From Anaerolineales bacterium (GTDB taxonomy: Bacteria > Chloroflexota > Anaerolineae > Anaerolineales > E44-bin32), in NCBI GenBank assembly GCA_034430895.1, contig DAOUDW010000079.1:9240-73239 (forward strand): DNA of 64,000 nucleotides, read 5' to 3'. The position numbers and the translations under genes are program-made. Under the pieces are notes generated by a model. It did not search any database. It was not told where the DNA came from and worked only from the letters and a program-made list of their open reading frames with translations. Positions within the stretch are counted from its first letter, which is position 1, and each line of letters opens with the position of its first letter. Shown here in pieces: positions 26,007 to 35,816 of the stretch.

Positions 26007-27428
26007 ATGCGAGAGAAACGAATCCTTTGGCTGCTCATTGGCATTGTCCTGATCGCTGGATCGCTGAGTGCCTGTGACAGCAGCGGGTCAGATACCCTGC
26101 GCGCATCCGGCGTGGTCGAAGCCGTCGAGGTGGTTGTGGCGCCGGAATTGGGCGGACGTGTGATCGAAGTGTTTGTAGAGGCGGGAGATGCCGTCCGGGA
26201 GGGAGATGCACTCTTCTCAATGGACGATGAGGTGATAACCCAACAAGTTGCGCAGGCCGAAGCGGGCTACAAAGCCGCGCTGGCCAGTCAGGATGCGGCG
26301 CAGAGTATGCTCGATTCGGCGGAGGCGGGATTGTCTGCCGCGCAGGCGGGTATGGAGTTGGCCGGCGTGCAGTATGAAATGGAATTGGCGGTCGCTCGAG
26401 CGCAGGAATCTCCCGCACGCACGCAGGCCTGGGCGCAGGTGTATCCCTACAGCTTCGATCTTCCCACCTGGTACTTCGAGCAATCGGAGTATCTCGCGGG
26501 CGCCGAAGCTGAGATTGAAGCGGCTAATGAAATGCTGGCGGATGAGCGGGCCAATTACGAAGCGGTTCTGGAAACGTCGGGCTCCGAAGATTTGATCGCC
26601 GCAGAAGAGCGGCTGTTAAAAGCACAGGCTGCGTTTGAAGTTGCCAAGGAACTCTGGGATCGACAGGTCGCTTCGCAGAAACGAAGCTACATGGATGATT
26701 TCATCGACGATCTCTACGATGAGGCGAAGGATGAGTTGGAAGCGGCGCAGGATGATTACGATGTACTGCTCAACGAAGACGCCGCTGAAGAAGTACTCGA
26801 AGCACGCGCTCGCCTGGCTGTAGCGATAGAGCGACTCGAAACAGCTTTGGATCAACGCGATCAACTTCTGGTCGGACGGGACTCGCTGCGCGTGCAGGCC
26901 GCACAGGCTGGAATCGTGCAAGCCGAAGCGAACCTGACTGTGGCGGAAGCTGCCGTCGAACAGGCGCAGGCTGCGGTCATACAGGCGGATACCGTCGTGA
27001 CGCAGACGCAGGCCGCCCTGGATTTGCTCGATATCCAGCTCGATAAACTCACTGTGAAAGCATCTGTGTCGGGCGTGCTGATGACGCGCAGCGTCGAACC
27101 CGGCGAGGTGGTCGTGCCTGGAATGACCTTGATGACCATCGGGCAACTGGAGCGCCTGACCATTACGGTTTATCTGCCGGAGGATCGCTACGGCCAGATC
27201 TCGCTCGGGGACGAAGCGGAGGTAAGTGTGGATTCGTTTCCCGATGAGACCTTCGAAGGCGTCGTGGTCCGCATCGCTGATCGGGCGGAGTACACACCAC
27301 GTAACGTGCAAACCGAGGAGGACCGCCGCACAACGGTTTACGCCGTCGAGTTGACGGTGGATGATCCGGGTGATTCACTCAAACCCGGCATGCCGGCGGA
27401 TGTGGTCTTTAGCGTTGTAGAAGAATGA
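26007..27428 (+). CDS. HlyD/YbhG-like membrane fusion (adaptor) lipoprotein with long coiled coil
   Basis: LSAC lipobox, ELGGRVIEV lipoyl motif, AEYTPRNVQT, LKPGMPADV. Confidence 0.88.
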   Translation: MREKRILWLLIGIVLIAGSLSACDSSGSDTLRASGVVEAVEVVVAPELGGRVIEVFVEAGDAVREGDALFSMDDEVITQQVAQAEAGYKAALASQDAAQSMLDSAEAGLSAAQAGMELAGVQYEMELAVARAQESPARTQAWAQVYPYSFDLPTWYFEQSEYLAGAEAEIEAANEMLADERANYEAVLETSGSEDLIAAEERLLKAQAAFEVAKELWDRQVASQKRSYMDDFIDDLYDEAKDELEAAQDDYDVLLNEDAAEEVLEARARLAVAIERLETALDQRDQLLVGRDSLRVQAAQAGIVQAEANLTVAEAAVEQAQAAVIQADTVVTQTQAALDLLDIQLDKLTVKASVSGVLMTRSVEPGEVVVPGMTLMTIGQLERLTITVYLPEDRYGQISLGDEAEVSVDSFPDETFEGVVVRIADRAEYTPRNVQTEEDRRTTVYAVELTVDDPGDSLKPGMPADVVFSVVEE

Positions 27429-27662
27429 CTCGGGTCGCCATCTGAGCGATTCAATATTGTGGAGCTGTCCGTCCAGGACGGCTCCATTTTTTTCTGGTGA
27501 AGGCTAATTAAAAACATCGCTTTCGAGTAGTTTATACGGTTACTTTCCGGTAACTTTCGGCGTGTAGGAATGCTTAAGTATCCATCCGAGATCGACCATA
27601 TTGTCTGGAAAGATATCGTCCTGTAATATCTAAGCTGAACGCTTATGCGGAGAGGTTGTCCC

Positions 27663-29804
27663 ATGAATCTACTTGTAAAGCGTTTTCGGGATCCTTTCGT
27701 AAGAGGAATTCTCATTGGTTTGGCTTCATTGATTTGCGTTACTTGCACAGCTCATAAGGAGGATATAAGCAGTATTCGCAAGGCCCCAACATTACCCCCA
27801 AGATGGACTGACACCCCGGCTCCATCGACACCAACAGCGACAGACAAGCCGACGCTCACCCCGTCAGCTACGCTCACAGCAACAGCTACAGAGCCTATTG
27901 CCCCTACGGTATCCGAGATTGATGGGATGGAGATGGTGTACGTGCCGGAGGGAAAATTCTGGATGGGTGACGATTATGACCGACATCAGATTCATCTCGA
28001 TGCATTCTGGATTGACCGCACCGAGGTCACCAATGCTATGTTCGCAAATTTCCTGAATGCGGAGGGGAACCAGATGAGTGGGGCTCGGATGAAATGGTTG
28101 AACACAGAAGGTGATGGTGCGCTCATTGAAAAGTCGGGAGGGGTATGGCGCCCGTTGTCGGGGTACGAGAATCATCCGGTAGTCAATGTGAACTGGTATG
28201 GTGCACAGGCTTACTGTGCATGGGCGGGACGGCGTTTGCCGACGGAGGCGGAGTGGGAGAAAGCGGCGCGTGGGAACGATAGCAGAGAGTATCCATGGGG
28301 GAATGAGTTCGAAAGCAGTCTGGCGAATTTCAATGACGATACCACCACATGCAGTGCAGCAGGCTGTGATGGTTTCGAACGGACATCACCCGTTGGAAGT
28401 TTTCCGGGTGGCGAAAGCCCTTATGGCGCATTGGATCTGATGGGGAATGTTAGCGAGTGGATTTGGGATTGGCATGGGTGCAATTACTATTTTGAGTCAC
28501 CTGCGGAGAACCCACCCGGACCCAATACTGGATACAGGCGGGTGATCCGTGGAGGCTCGTGGAATGACAATCCTCAATACATGAAGAATTCCATTAGCCT
28601 GGACCTCCTTCCGGATATGTCCGCCATTGACATCGGGTTTCGTTGCGGTTTCTCATCTTCCACGTCTATTCCTTCGGAGAGAATGTTCGAACTGACTTCT
28701 ATCCATATGGCCAGCGAAACGGAAGGGTGGGGAATCAATAAAACGATTGTTATGATCACCCGAGATGGCGGTCAAACATGGCTCGATGTAACGCCATCGG
28801 AAAGTCTAACTGGCGGAAAACCCATTGAAGTGTATGGCGATTTTATCGATGCGGATCATGCCTGGCTGCTCTTTAGCACAGAATTACGGAACCCATTACT
28901 CAATACGAGTTGTATGAAGTCCAATGCATCTGTTATCTATACAGTGAACGGCGGTCAAACCTGGAAAGCCAGCAGCCCACTTATGCATGAATTATCTCAG
29001 TTCCCCTGTGCGGCGACAGTCAGGATGGTCGATACACGAACAGGTTGGCTGCGGATTTTGGGCTGGTATACGGGTGCCGGAGGACATGTCCCCACCCAAT
29101 ATTTCCACACAACGGATGGGGGTGCCACTTGGAAGATGTTGGTGCCGTCCTGGTGTGGTTCCTCGGGGGATTCGTGTTACGCCCAATCGACGCCGGAATG
29201 GCTAGATCCCTCGGGCATAGACTTTGTGAAAGAACAAACCGGTTGGATACTCCGGGAGACATTGGATCCGTATGTGCCTTTCGCGCCCGTATATCATGTA
29301 ACCACTGACGGGGGACTGACATGGAGAAGCCTTTCTTTCCCGGCTCCCTTGGATGCACCGGATCTATTTTCTGAATTTGAGGAATGTGAACCATACCAGC
29401 TTAACTTACTCACAGAGGAGACCGTGCGTTTGAAGGTTACGTGTCGGAAGAAATTTAAACGGGGGCCAGATCCGATCGCGTATATTTATGCCAGTGATGA
29501 TGCTGGCTATACATGGAATGCATACCCGCTTCCACTTTCGACTGCAGATAACGACGAGTATTACCAACGGATGATATTCATTGACGCGGATTTCGGTCTG
29601 TTTCTTGGCCAAGAAATGTTCCAGACATACGATGGCGGAGCAACTTGGCAGCAGATAAATACCGTTGACTGGGAGGGTGTATTTAGTTTTGTGGATCGCT
29701 CGCGAGGTTGGGCGATTGCAATGGAGGGTGGATCGATTAGTCTCATGACTACGGCTAGTGGTGGCGCGGATTGGCAAATCCTGAATCCCGTGGTGGTCCC
29801 ATGA
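27663..29804 (+). CDS. Exported protein: FGE-sulfatase (SUMF1)-like domain plus BNR/YCF48-like propeller
   Basis: RLPTEAEWEKAARG, DLMGNVSEW, RGGSW, GFRC, followed by repeated T.DGG.TW boxes. Confidence 0.82.
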   Translation: MNLLVKRFRDPFVRGILIGLASLICVTCTAHKEDISSIRKAPTLPPRWTDTPAPSTPTATDKPTLTPSATLTATATEPIAPTVSEIDGMEMVYVPEGKFWMGDDYDRHQIHLDAFWIDRTEVTNAMFANFLNAEGNQMSGARMKWLNTEGDGALIEKSGGVWRPLSGYENHPVVNVNWYGAQAYCAWAGRRLPTEAEWEKAARGNDSREYPWGNEFESSLANFNDDTTTCSAAGCDGFERTSPVGSFPGGESPYGALDLMGNVSEWIWDWHGCNYYFESPAENPPGPNTGYRRVIRGGSWNDNPQYMKNSISLDLLPDMSAIDIGFRCGFSSSTSIPSERMFELTSIHMASETEGWGINKTIVMITRDGGQTWLDVTPSESLTGGKPIEVYGDFIDADHAWLLFSTELRNPLLNTSCMKSNASVIYTVNGGQTWKASSPLMHELSQFPCAATVRMVDTRTGWLRILGWYTGAGGHVPTQYFHTTDGGATWKMLVPSWCGSSGDSCYAQSTPEWLDPSGIDFVKEQTGWILRETLDPYVPFAPVYHVTTDGGLTWRSLSFPAPLDAPDLFSEFEECEPYQLNLLTEETVRLKVTCRKKFKRGPDPIAYIYASDDAGYTWNAYPLPLSTADNDEYYQRMIFIDADFGLFLGQEMFQTYDGGATWQQINTVDWEGVFSFVDRSRGWAIAMEGGSISLMTTASGGADWQILNPVVVP

Positions 29805-29929
29805 GGATTGATATACGGGGGTTCATCTCTTCGGTAACTCAACGGTAACTTTTTACGAGTAAGATTTCAGCGAGGTGTCCAACAAGGATTTCGCCTGCGG
29901 GCGATGAGGAAGCATCGGTGAGGTAGAAG

Positions 29930-31762
29930 ATGTTCGCAAGAAAGAAATCGTTCCGAAAAACGAGTTTCAAACTTGGTTTCGTTATCCTGCTTGTCGCGTT
30001 CATCGGCGGTTGTGCGGGATTAACGGACATGCCGTTCAGCATCAACGTGGATGAGATTATGCGACGGCTCCATCAGGCGCCGTCCTCAAACTCGTGCCGG
30101 GTCACGGAGGTCCTGAGGGCACCTTTCTCATCCGGATTGAATGCGATTACGACGCAGGATGTCTATTCGGGGCCACTTTTGTTGACCGTGATGGGGACGG
30201 GACAGGCCTCGGCGACATCCTATACGGATGCGTTTTACGTATTTACTGACTTTGAGGGGACCTCGATATCCCCGCAACACCCGGATGATGATTGGATTCT
30301 GGCGATCAACAGTGAAGTGGCGGAGATGTATATTCCGGATGGGCAGATTCCCGCGTTTAACGCCGATCATCGCTATACATTTGAAATCAATGCCCCGGGC
30401 GGTGTATTGACCTTCGGGGTAAGGGATGAATACACGTCGGATAATTCTGGGGGTTACTTGATATCTATCTGTCAATACGCTGATGAACTTGCAGAGAGCG
30501 GTATTCCTGAAATCGCCGCCCAAACCGCGGCGTTCACCGATTTTCAAGCTACACCCACACCAAGCCCGATGCCGCAGGTTACTTCAACTCCACTAATCCG
30601 TCCAACGACGACGCCCGCTTTCAGGGCTGGGAATCCTGTGAAGTTGGAATCGATCCACATGCTCAGCGATACGCAGGGGTGGGGCACCAGCGGGGACTCG
30701 TTTTTAATCACGCGGGACAGCGCCCAAACCTGGCACGAGCTGCGGCTTCCCGCAGCCCCGGAGAAATATACCGAAGAATATGGTTCAAAGGTGTACTTTG
30801 CGGCAACCGACGCCGAGCATGCCTGGCTGCTCTATGCGCCAAAACCTTTTGCTTCGATTCATGGCTGCGTCGCCGCTGACGCGCCGGTTTGGTACACCAC
30901 GGATGGCGGCCAGACCTGGAATGCCAGCCAGCCGCTCATGCATGAATTGTCGAACAAGGATTGTGAGGCGACTTTTATCACCATGGACGCCCAACAGGGG
31001 TGGATGAGCCTCGATGGTTGGTATTTCGAAGCCGGCCCTCAGAAGGATATGCAATTATTCCGAACCTTGGATGGTGGGAAAACCTGGAAACCACTCAAAG
31101 TAACTTGGTGCTTGCACGAGTTAAAGGATTCGTGCTTTTCTAATCCACCCGGGTGGATTTCGGAGAGGGCGTTCCATGGTCAAACCGGATGGCTGCTGGG
31201 AAACTGGTTCGGCCACATTGTATCGAACGAAGGCGTACCACCACCCGTATTCTACGTCAGTACGGACGGAGGAGAAAACTGGTACCGTCGTGATCTGCCT
31301 CCACCGACGGACAACCCGCGCTTCTACGAGCAGTATTTCTATTGCCAACCTTACAATCTCAATTTATTGACGGAAAACGTTGTTCGCCTGAAGCTTTCTT
31401 GTTCTCAATATGAGCCCGATGCAAAGCCTGAAGCGGTGGATTATATCTATGCCAGTGAGGATCTCGGCGAAACATGGGAGACGTACGTGCTGCCAGTCTC
31501 ATCTGAAGAGATGGATACACAGTTGAAGTTCTTTGATCCGGATTATGGTTTGCTGTTGGGTCGAACAATGTGGCGCACGGAAGATGCTGGGGAAACCTGG
31601 CAGCAGATCAACAGTGTAACTTGGGATGGGCAGTTCGGTTTCGTCGACCGCGATCACGGCTGGGCGATCGCCAGAAGCGGAGTTGAGACTGCTCTTGTAT
31701 ACACGGTCGATGGGGGGGCGAGTTGGCAGATCATTCATCCGGAGATCTCAGCGGATGAATAG
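29930..31762 (+). CDS. Lipoprotein: unknown (possibly LecA-like) N-domain plus BNR/YCF48-like propeller paralogous to the upstream gene
   Basis: IGGC lipobox, Thr/Pro linker, T.DGG.TW repeats. Confidence 0.78.
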   Translation: MFARKKSFRKTSFKLGFVILLVAFIGGCAGLTDMPFSINVDEIMRRLHQAPSSNSCRVTEVLRAPFSSGLNAITTQDVYSGPLLLTVMGTGQASATSYTDAFYVFTDFEGTSISPQHPDDDWILAINSEVAEMYIPDGQIPAFNADHRYTFEINAPGGVLTFGVRDEYTSDNSGGYLISICQYADELAESGIPEIAAQTAAFTDFQATPTPSPMPQVTSTPLIRPTTTPAFRAGNPVKLESIHMLSDTQGWGTSGDSFLITRDSAQTWHELRLPAAPEKYTEEYGSKVYFAATDAEHAWLLYAPKPFASIHGCVAADAPVWYTTDGGQTWNASQPLMHELSNKDCEATFITMDAQQGWMSLDGWYFEAGPQKDMQLFRTLDGGKTWKPLKVTWCLHELKDSCFSNPPGWISERAFHGQTGWLLGNWFGHIVSNEGVPPPVFYVSTDGGENWYRRDLPPPTDNPRFYEQYFYCQPYNLNLLTENVVRLKLSCSQYEPDAKPEAVDYIYASEDLGETWETYVLPVSSEEMDTQLKFFDPDYGLLLGRTMWRTEDAGETWQQINSVTWDGQFGFVDRDHGWAIARSGVETALVYTVDGGASWQIIHPEISADE

Positions 31763-31834
31763 CGAGCGACCGCAAGATCGTTTCTACCGCATGGAAATGC
31801 CAATGGCGTGGATGTGACTCCGGTGGGACGATAT

Positions 31835-32947
31835 CTACCCCATACGCCGCAGCTTACGGGTAGCGAAGCTCCAGCCTATAGCCAATGCCCCCGCAGCGAA
31901 GGCGCTTGTGATCGTCAGCGCGGACTTCCAATCCACAGGCCAGGCATTGAAAAGGATCATGTCCCGCAGGGGATCGACGGCGTAGATGTAGGGAAAGAGC
32001 CACGAAAACCAGTTGACGTTATGTGCGTTCCAACGCCATAGATTTAAGCCCCCACTAACGAAGAAGACGAGCAGTGCCCCCAGCACAGCGCCGATGGCGC
32101 CGGCCATGTAATTACGGGCACGGAGACCAACGACCAGGGCCAGCGCGATCCAGAACAGCGCCACCAATCCGAAAAGCAGCCACACCGCCCATAAATAAAT
32201 CCCTGGCCAGACGCCCAGCCAGAGATACAGAATCCCGAGAAAAGCTGTGCCTGTGACGATCCCCGCAAGCAGCGCCAGTATGGTTTTGGGTAGCAGTACC
32301 CAGAGTAGCGAGCGGGGTGACAGGCCGAACTCAAGCGTCAGCCTGGAAATCTGTTCCTTGTAAGTCAAGGCGTAGACGTTGAACGCGCCGCCCAGGGTAA
32401 CCGCCAGCAGAGTCACACCAACGGCGATCACCGGGAACCAGTGCACCATTTCCGAACGGGGATATTCCTCGGCCAGCTCGATCGTCGGCGCAGGCTGGCC
32501 GATCTTCTCATAGAAATGCCACAGGATTTCGGCCGAGTAGATGCGGTGGTTCTTGGCACGGTCGTTGTTGTAGTTGATGAAATACATTTCAATCTCGGGG
32601 TTATTCCCGGCTTCCAGTTTTGCCGAGAAGTCTTCCGGGATAATCCACATTCCGTCGATGCGGTAGGCGCGGTAGGTTTCCCAGGCTTCTTCTTCGGAGA
32701 GTTCGAGGACGCCGTAGTAAGGGACGCCGAAGGGCGACTCCACTTCAGCGAGTGTCTCACGAAGTACTTCGCCGTAGGATCCCGCATCGTGGTTGATCAC
32801 GGCTAGCTTGAAATTCAGGCGGCCACCCAGAAGCAGACCGAAAGCGATCAGGATCAAGGTGGGGGGAATGAAGCCGCCCAGAGCGGTGATCGGGTCGCGC
32901 CGCCAGGCTTTGAACTCCGTGCTGAGCAGGATGCGGAAGCGTTTCAT
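31835..32947 (-). CDS. ABC-2 permease
   Basis: TM pattern, YAVDPLRDM; operonic with the ATPase. Confidence 0.8.
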   Translation of the reverse strand: MKRFRILLSTEFKAWRRDPITALGGFIPPTLILIAFGLLLGGRLNFKLAVINHDAGSYGEVLRETLAEVESPFGVPYYGVLELSEEEAWETYRAYRIDGMWIIPEDFSAKLEAGNNPEIEMYFINYNNDRAKNHRIYSAEILWHFYEKIGQPAPTIELAEEYPRSEMVHWFPVIAVGVTLLAVTLGGAFNVYALTYKEQISRLTLEFGLSPRSLLWVLLPKTILALLAGIVTGTAFLGILYLWLGVWPGIYLWAVWLLFGLVALFWIALALVVGLRARNYMAGAIGAVLGALLVFFVSGGLNLWRWNAHNVNWFSWLFPYIYAVDPLRDMILFNAWPVDWKSALTITSAFAAGALAIGWSFATRKLRRMG

Positions 32948-32952
32948 CTTTG

Positions 32953-34011
32953 TTACTCCTGACAAGTCAGTACTCGGCGACGGTAGGCAAGCGCAGCCAA
33001 ACCCAAAGCCACGGCGCTGAAAATCGTCAGGGCGAGGATCGGGCGAATGCTGTCGCCAATGGTGGTGTCGTAGTAAAGAGGGAAGAGCAGTTCCACGGCG
33101 TAGGAATTGGGGACGAACCGGCTGACGAATTCGTACGCCCCGCTAAAACCGGCGGGCAGTCCAAAGGCGGCGCCCAGGATCCAGCAAGCGAATGCTGAAC
33201 CCAAGCCGATTACGAATGCCGGCAAGCTGCTGCGCAGCAGCAAACCGGCGCTGATGCCGATCCCTCCACCGACGAGAGCGATAGGGATGAGGATCAGGGT
33301 GACGGCCAGGATGGAGGCCGGCCAAACGTCGTTGAGCAGGCCGATGACGGTGAGTAGAATTCCCGCCGAAAGCCAGCTTATTAGAACCAAACGGACGAGT
33401 CGTGCGGTCAACACTACTGCCGGTGAAACGGGGGAGAGGCGGTATTCGAGGATCGTGTCGAATTCGAACTCTTGGGCGGTGAGGAAACCGCCGATCAGCG
33501 ACGCGGCCAGGAAGGTGGTCATGGGCAGCATGGCCATTCCGAAGTACAAGTTGTACGTAGGATCATGCGGCAGCCAGGGGCGTTCGATGATGGTCACCGC
33601 ACGCCCGTCGAGTGAGTCGTCCCACACGCGTAATGCCGCCGCGGTCAATCGGTTACGCAGGTTTTTTACGATATTGCTGTCGATCAATCCGTAGCGGTAG
33701 ATGGCGGTAGGCTGATCGCCAATTTCTTCGACCGTGACAATCCCCGCGCCGATGGGATCGTTATCGTCCAGGAACACGGGGTTGATGTAGGGCACACCGT
33801 CCGGTGAACCGACGTCGTACATGGCCTCCAGTAAGCGCTTCCCGGCATCATCGGTGGGCTCGGTGATATTAACCTCGAACGTCGGGTGTACGAGCACGCT
33901 GGCCATGATCAGGTACATCAATGCCGGCTGGAATACAGCGATGAGGTGAATCGGCAGCGCCGTACGGACCATCTTTAATTCGTTCAGGATCAGCAGTAGT
34001 AAGCGTCTCAT
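32953..34011 (-). CDS. ABC-2 permease
   Basis: AQEFEFDTILEYRLSP, FVPNSYAV; start moved to ATG 34011. Confidence 0.8.
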   Translation of the reverse strand: MRRLLLLILNELKMVRTALPIHLIAVFQPALMYLIMASVLVHPTFEVNITEPTDDAGKRLLEAMYDVGSPDGVPYINPVFLDDNDPIGAGIVTVEEIGDQPTAIYRYGLIDSNIVKNLRNRLTAAALRVWDDSLDGRAVTIIERPWLPHDPTYNLYFGMAMLPMTTFLAASLIGGFLTAQEFEFDTILEYRLSPVSPAVVLTARLVRLVLISWLSAGILLTVIGLLNDVWPASILAVTLILIPIALVGGGIGISAGLLLRSSLPAFVIGLGSAFACWILGAAFGLPAGFSGAYEFVSRFVPNSYAVELLFPLYYDTTIGDSIRPILALTIFSAVALGLAALAYRRRVLTCQE

Positions 34012-34015
34012 CGCA

Positions 34016-34957
34016 TTACTCCCGCAGTGCTCGACCGGTGTGATGTAGGAAGACGTCGTCCAACGTGGGTCGGGTGATACGGACGGAATCGAGGCTGTGG
34101 CTGGTGGTGGCGCGGGCGACCAACTCGCCCACAATCGACTCCGCATTGGTTACTTCCAGACGGAGTTGATCGGCCTGGGAGTAAGTGGCGGCCTGCACCC
34201 CCAATCCGCGGAACAAGTCTTCCGGGTCTTCGATGACGGGTGTCGTTCGCAGCATGATCACGTCGCGCGCCAGCGCAGCTTTGAGGCGCTCGGGGGTATC
34301 CATGGCGATGGCCTTGCCGTGATCGATAATTACCAGACGGTCGCAGAGGGTATCGGCTTCCTCCATGTTGTTGGTGGAGACGATGAAGGTCTTGCCTTGT
34401 GCCTGCTGCTTTTTAATGTGTTCCCAGAGGACGTGTTTGCCCTGCACGTCTACGCCCAGGGTGGGTTCGTCGAAGAGGATCACCAGGGGGTCATGCAGCA
34501 AAGCGCGCGCCAGGGCGAGACGGCGTTTCATGCCGCCGGAGTACGTACGAACGGGATCGGAGTGCCGCTCCCAGAGATTCATCAAGCGCAGCATGGTTTC
34601 AATGTGCTTCTCAATGCCGGAGAGATCAGCGCAGTACAGCGCGGCGTGGTGCAGCAGGTTGTCGGTGCCGCTCAAGTCGGTGTAAACGTTGGTGTCCTGC
34701 GGTACGAGACCGATGCGGCGCCGCACCTCGCGGGCCTGGGTTTGGGGGTCGAAACCCAGGATCCGGATCGCACCGTCGTGGCGCTTGAGCAAGCCGGTGA
34801 TCAGGTTGATGGCCGTTGTTTTACCGGCCCCGTTGGGTCCCAGCAGTCCGAAGATCTCGCCCTCCTGGGCGGTGAAAGAGAGTTCATTGACCGCGGTCAG
34901 TGAACCAAAGCGGCGTGTGACCGAGTTTACCTGTACGGCGGGTTGTGTGGATTCCAT
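34016..34957 (-). CDS. ABC-2 (DrrA-like) ATP-binding subunit
   Basis: GPNGAGKTT, YSGGMKRR, LFDEPT; H-loop reads STNNM. Confidence 0.9.
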   Translation of the reverse strand: MESTQPAVQVNSVTRRFGSLTAVNELSFTAQEGEIFGLLGPNGAGKTTAINLITGLLKRHDGAIRILGFDPQTQAREVRRRIGLVPQDTNVYTDLSGTDNLLHHAALYCADLSGIEKHIETMLRLMNLWERHSDPVRTYSGGMKRRLALARALLHDPLVILFDEPTLGVDVQGKHVLWEHIKKQQAQGKTFIVSTNNMEEADTLCDRLVIIDHGKAIAMDTPERLKAALARDVIMLRTTPVIEDPEDLFRGLGVQAATYSQADQLRLEVTNAESIVGELVARATTSHSLDSVRITRPTLDDVFLHHTGRALRE

Positions 34958-34980
34958 CGGTTCCTCCAAAGACCGGAGTG

Positions 34981-35589
34981 TCAATCTCCGCTCCGAATCG
35001 TTCCGTTGACGAAAATATCTACAAATTGCTGGATCAAATGGTCGATTGTCGTTTCCAGCGCCATGCTTTCGCCGAAGATGGCCTGGGCGACGTTGTAGGA
35101 GAAAAACATACCGAAGAAGGCCTGCGCCATCACTTCGGGATCCATATCCTGGACGTTCCCGGCGGCGATCTGGCGGCGCAGGTAGGCGGCCAGTCCGTCG
35201 CGCAGCCCGCGCGGCATCTGTCCCAACACTTCGCTGACTTCCTCGAAGTGCCCTGCCTCGCAGAGCATCATGCGCATGGCTTCGCGCCGCTCGATGAGCA
35301 CGCGCATGAAGTGGCGGCCGAGGGTGAGCATGTCCTGGTGATAATCGCCGCTGAATTCACCGGCGAGTGTTGAGCGCATATCCGGCGTACCGGCATATTC
35401 TTCCAGCACGGCGGCGAAGAGATTCTTCTTGGACCCGAAGTGTCGGAAGAGGGTCACCTCACTGACCCCGGCATCGGCGGCGATCTTGCGCGTGGTCGTT
35501 CGGGCGTAACCTAGGGTGGAGAAGAGCTCGGCTGCGGCTTGAATGAGGCGCTGGCGGGTGTCGGTGGGTTTGATCGGGTTTGGAGACAT
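34981..35589 (-). CDS. TetR/AcrR family regulator
   Basis: TTRKIAADAGVSEVTLFRHFGSK. Confidence 0.93.
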   Translation of the reverse strand: MSPNPIKPTDTRQRLIQAAAELFSTLGYARTTTRKIAADAGVSEVTLFRHFGSKKNLFAAVLEEYAGTPDMRSTLAGEFSGDYHQDMLTLGRHFMRVLIERREAMRMMLCEAGHFEEVSEVLGQMPRGLRDGLAAYLRRQIAAGNVQDMDPEVMAQAFFGMFFSYNVAQAIFGESMALETTIDHLIQQFVDIFVNGTIRSGD

Positions 35590-35604
35590 GTATTAACTCA
35601 ATGT

Positions 35605-35650
35605 ATGTAAGTGCTTGCTAACATTATAAGCTAAGATTATGATATGTCAA
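35605..35650 (-). promoter_or_regulatory. Promoter TTGACA-16-TATAAT with downstream imperfect palindrome ATGTAAGT-GCTT-GCTAACAT (candidate TetR operator)
   Basis: -35 at 35650-35645, -10 at 35628-35623, palindrome 35605-35624 (6/8 arm match). Confidence 0.6.
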
Positions 35651-35816
35651 GCGCGGATTGAGATTAATGCTATTGTGTTGGATCGTATTGGATCGATGCA
35701 GTTGATGATTTCCTCAGGGTGGACAAGGAAATCCTTTAAGCCTGCAATTTTGTTATTTACTCGTCACCTCATCGCATAATCGGTGTATAGTAAGAGCGCA
35801 TCATGAGGAGGAGCCT

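Noticed and set aside
26616-27311. Long antisense or alternative-frame ORFs (e.g. 26616-27311, 23079-23912, 34097-34903, 7901-8512, 33107-33694)
   Set aside because: They shadow well-supported genes, show no family motifs and are expected in GC-rich coding DNA.
28540-28650. Diversity-generating retroelement targeting the FGE/C-lectin-fold domain
   Set aside because: The RGGSW...GFRC segment is divergent, but I found no template repeat and no reverse transcriptase in the window; a remote DGR cannot be excluded.
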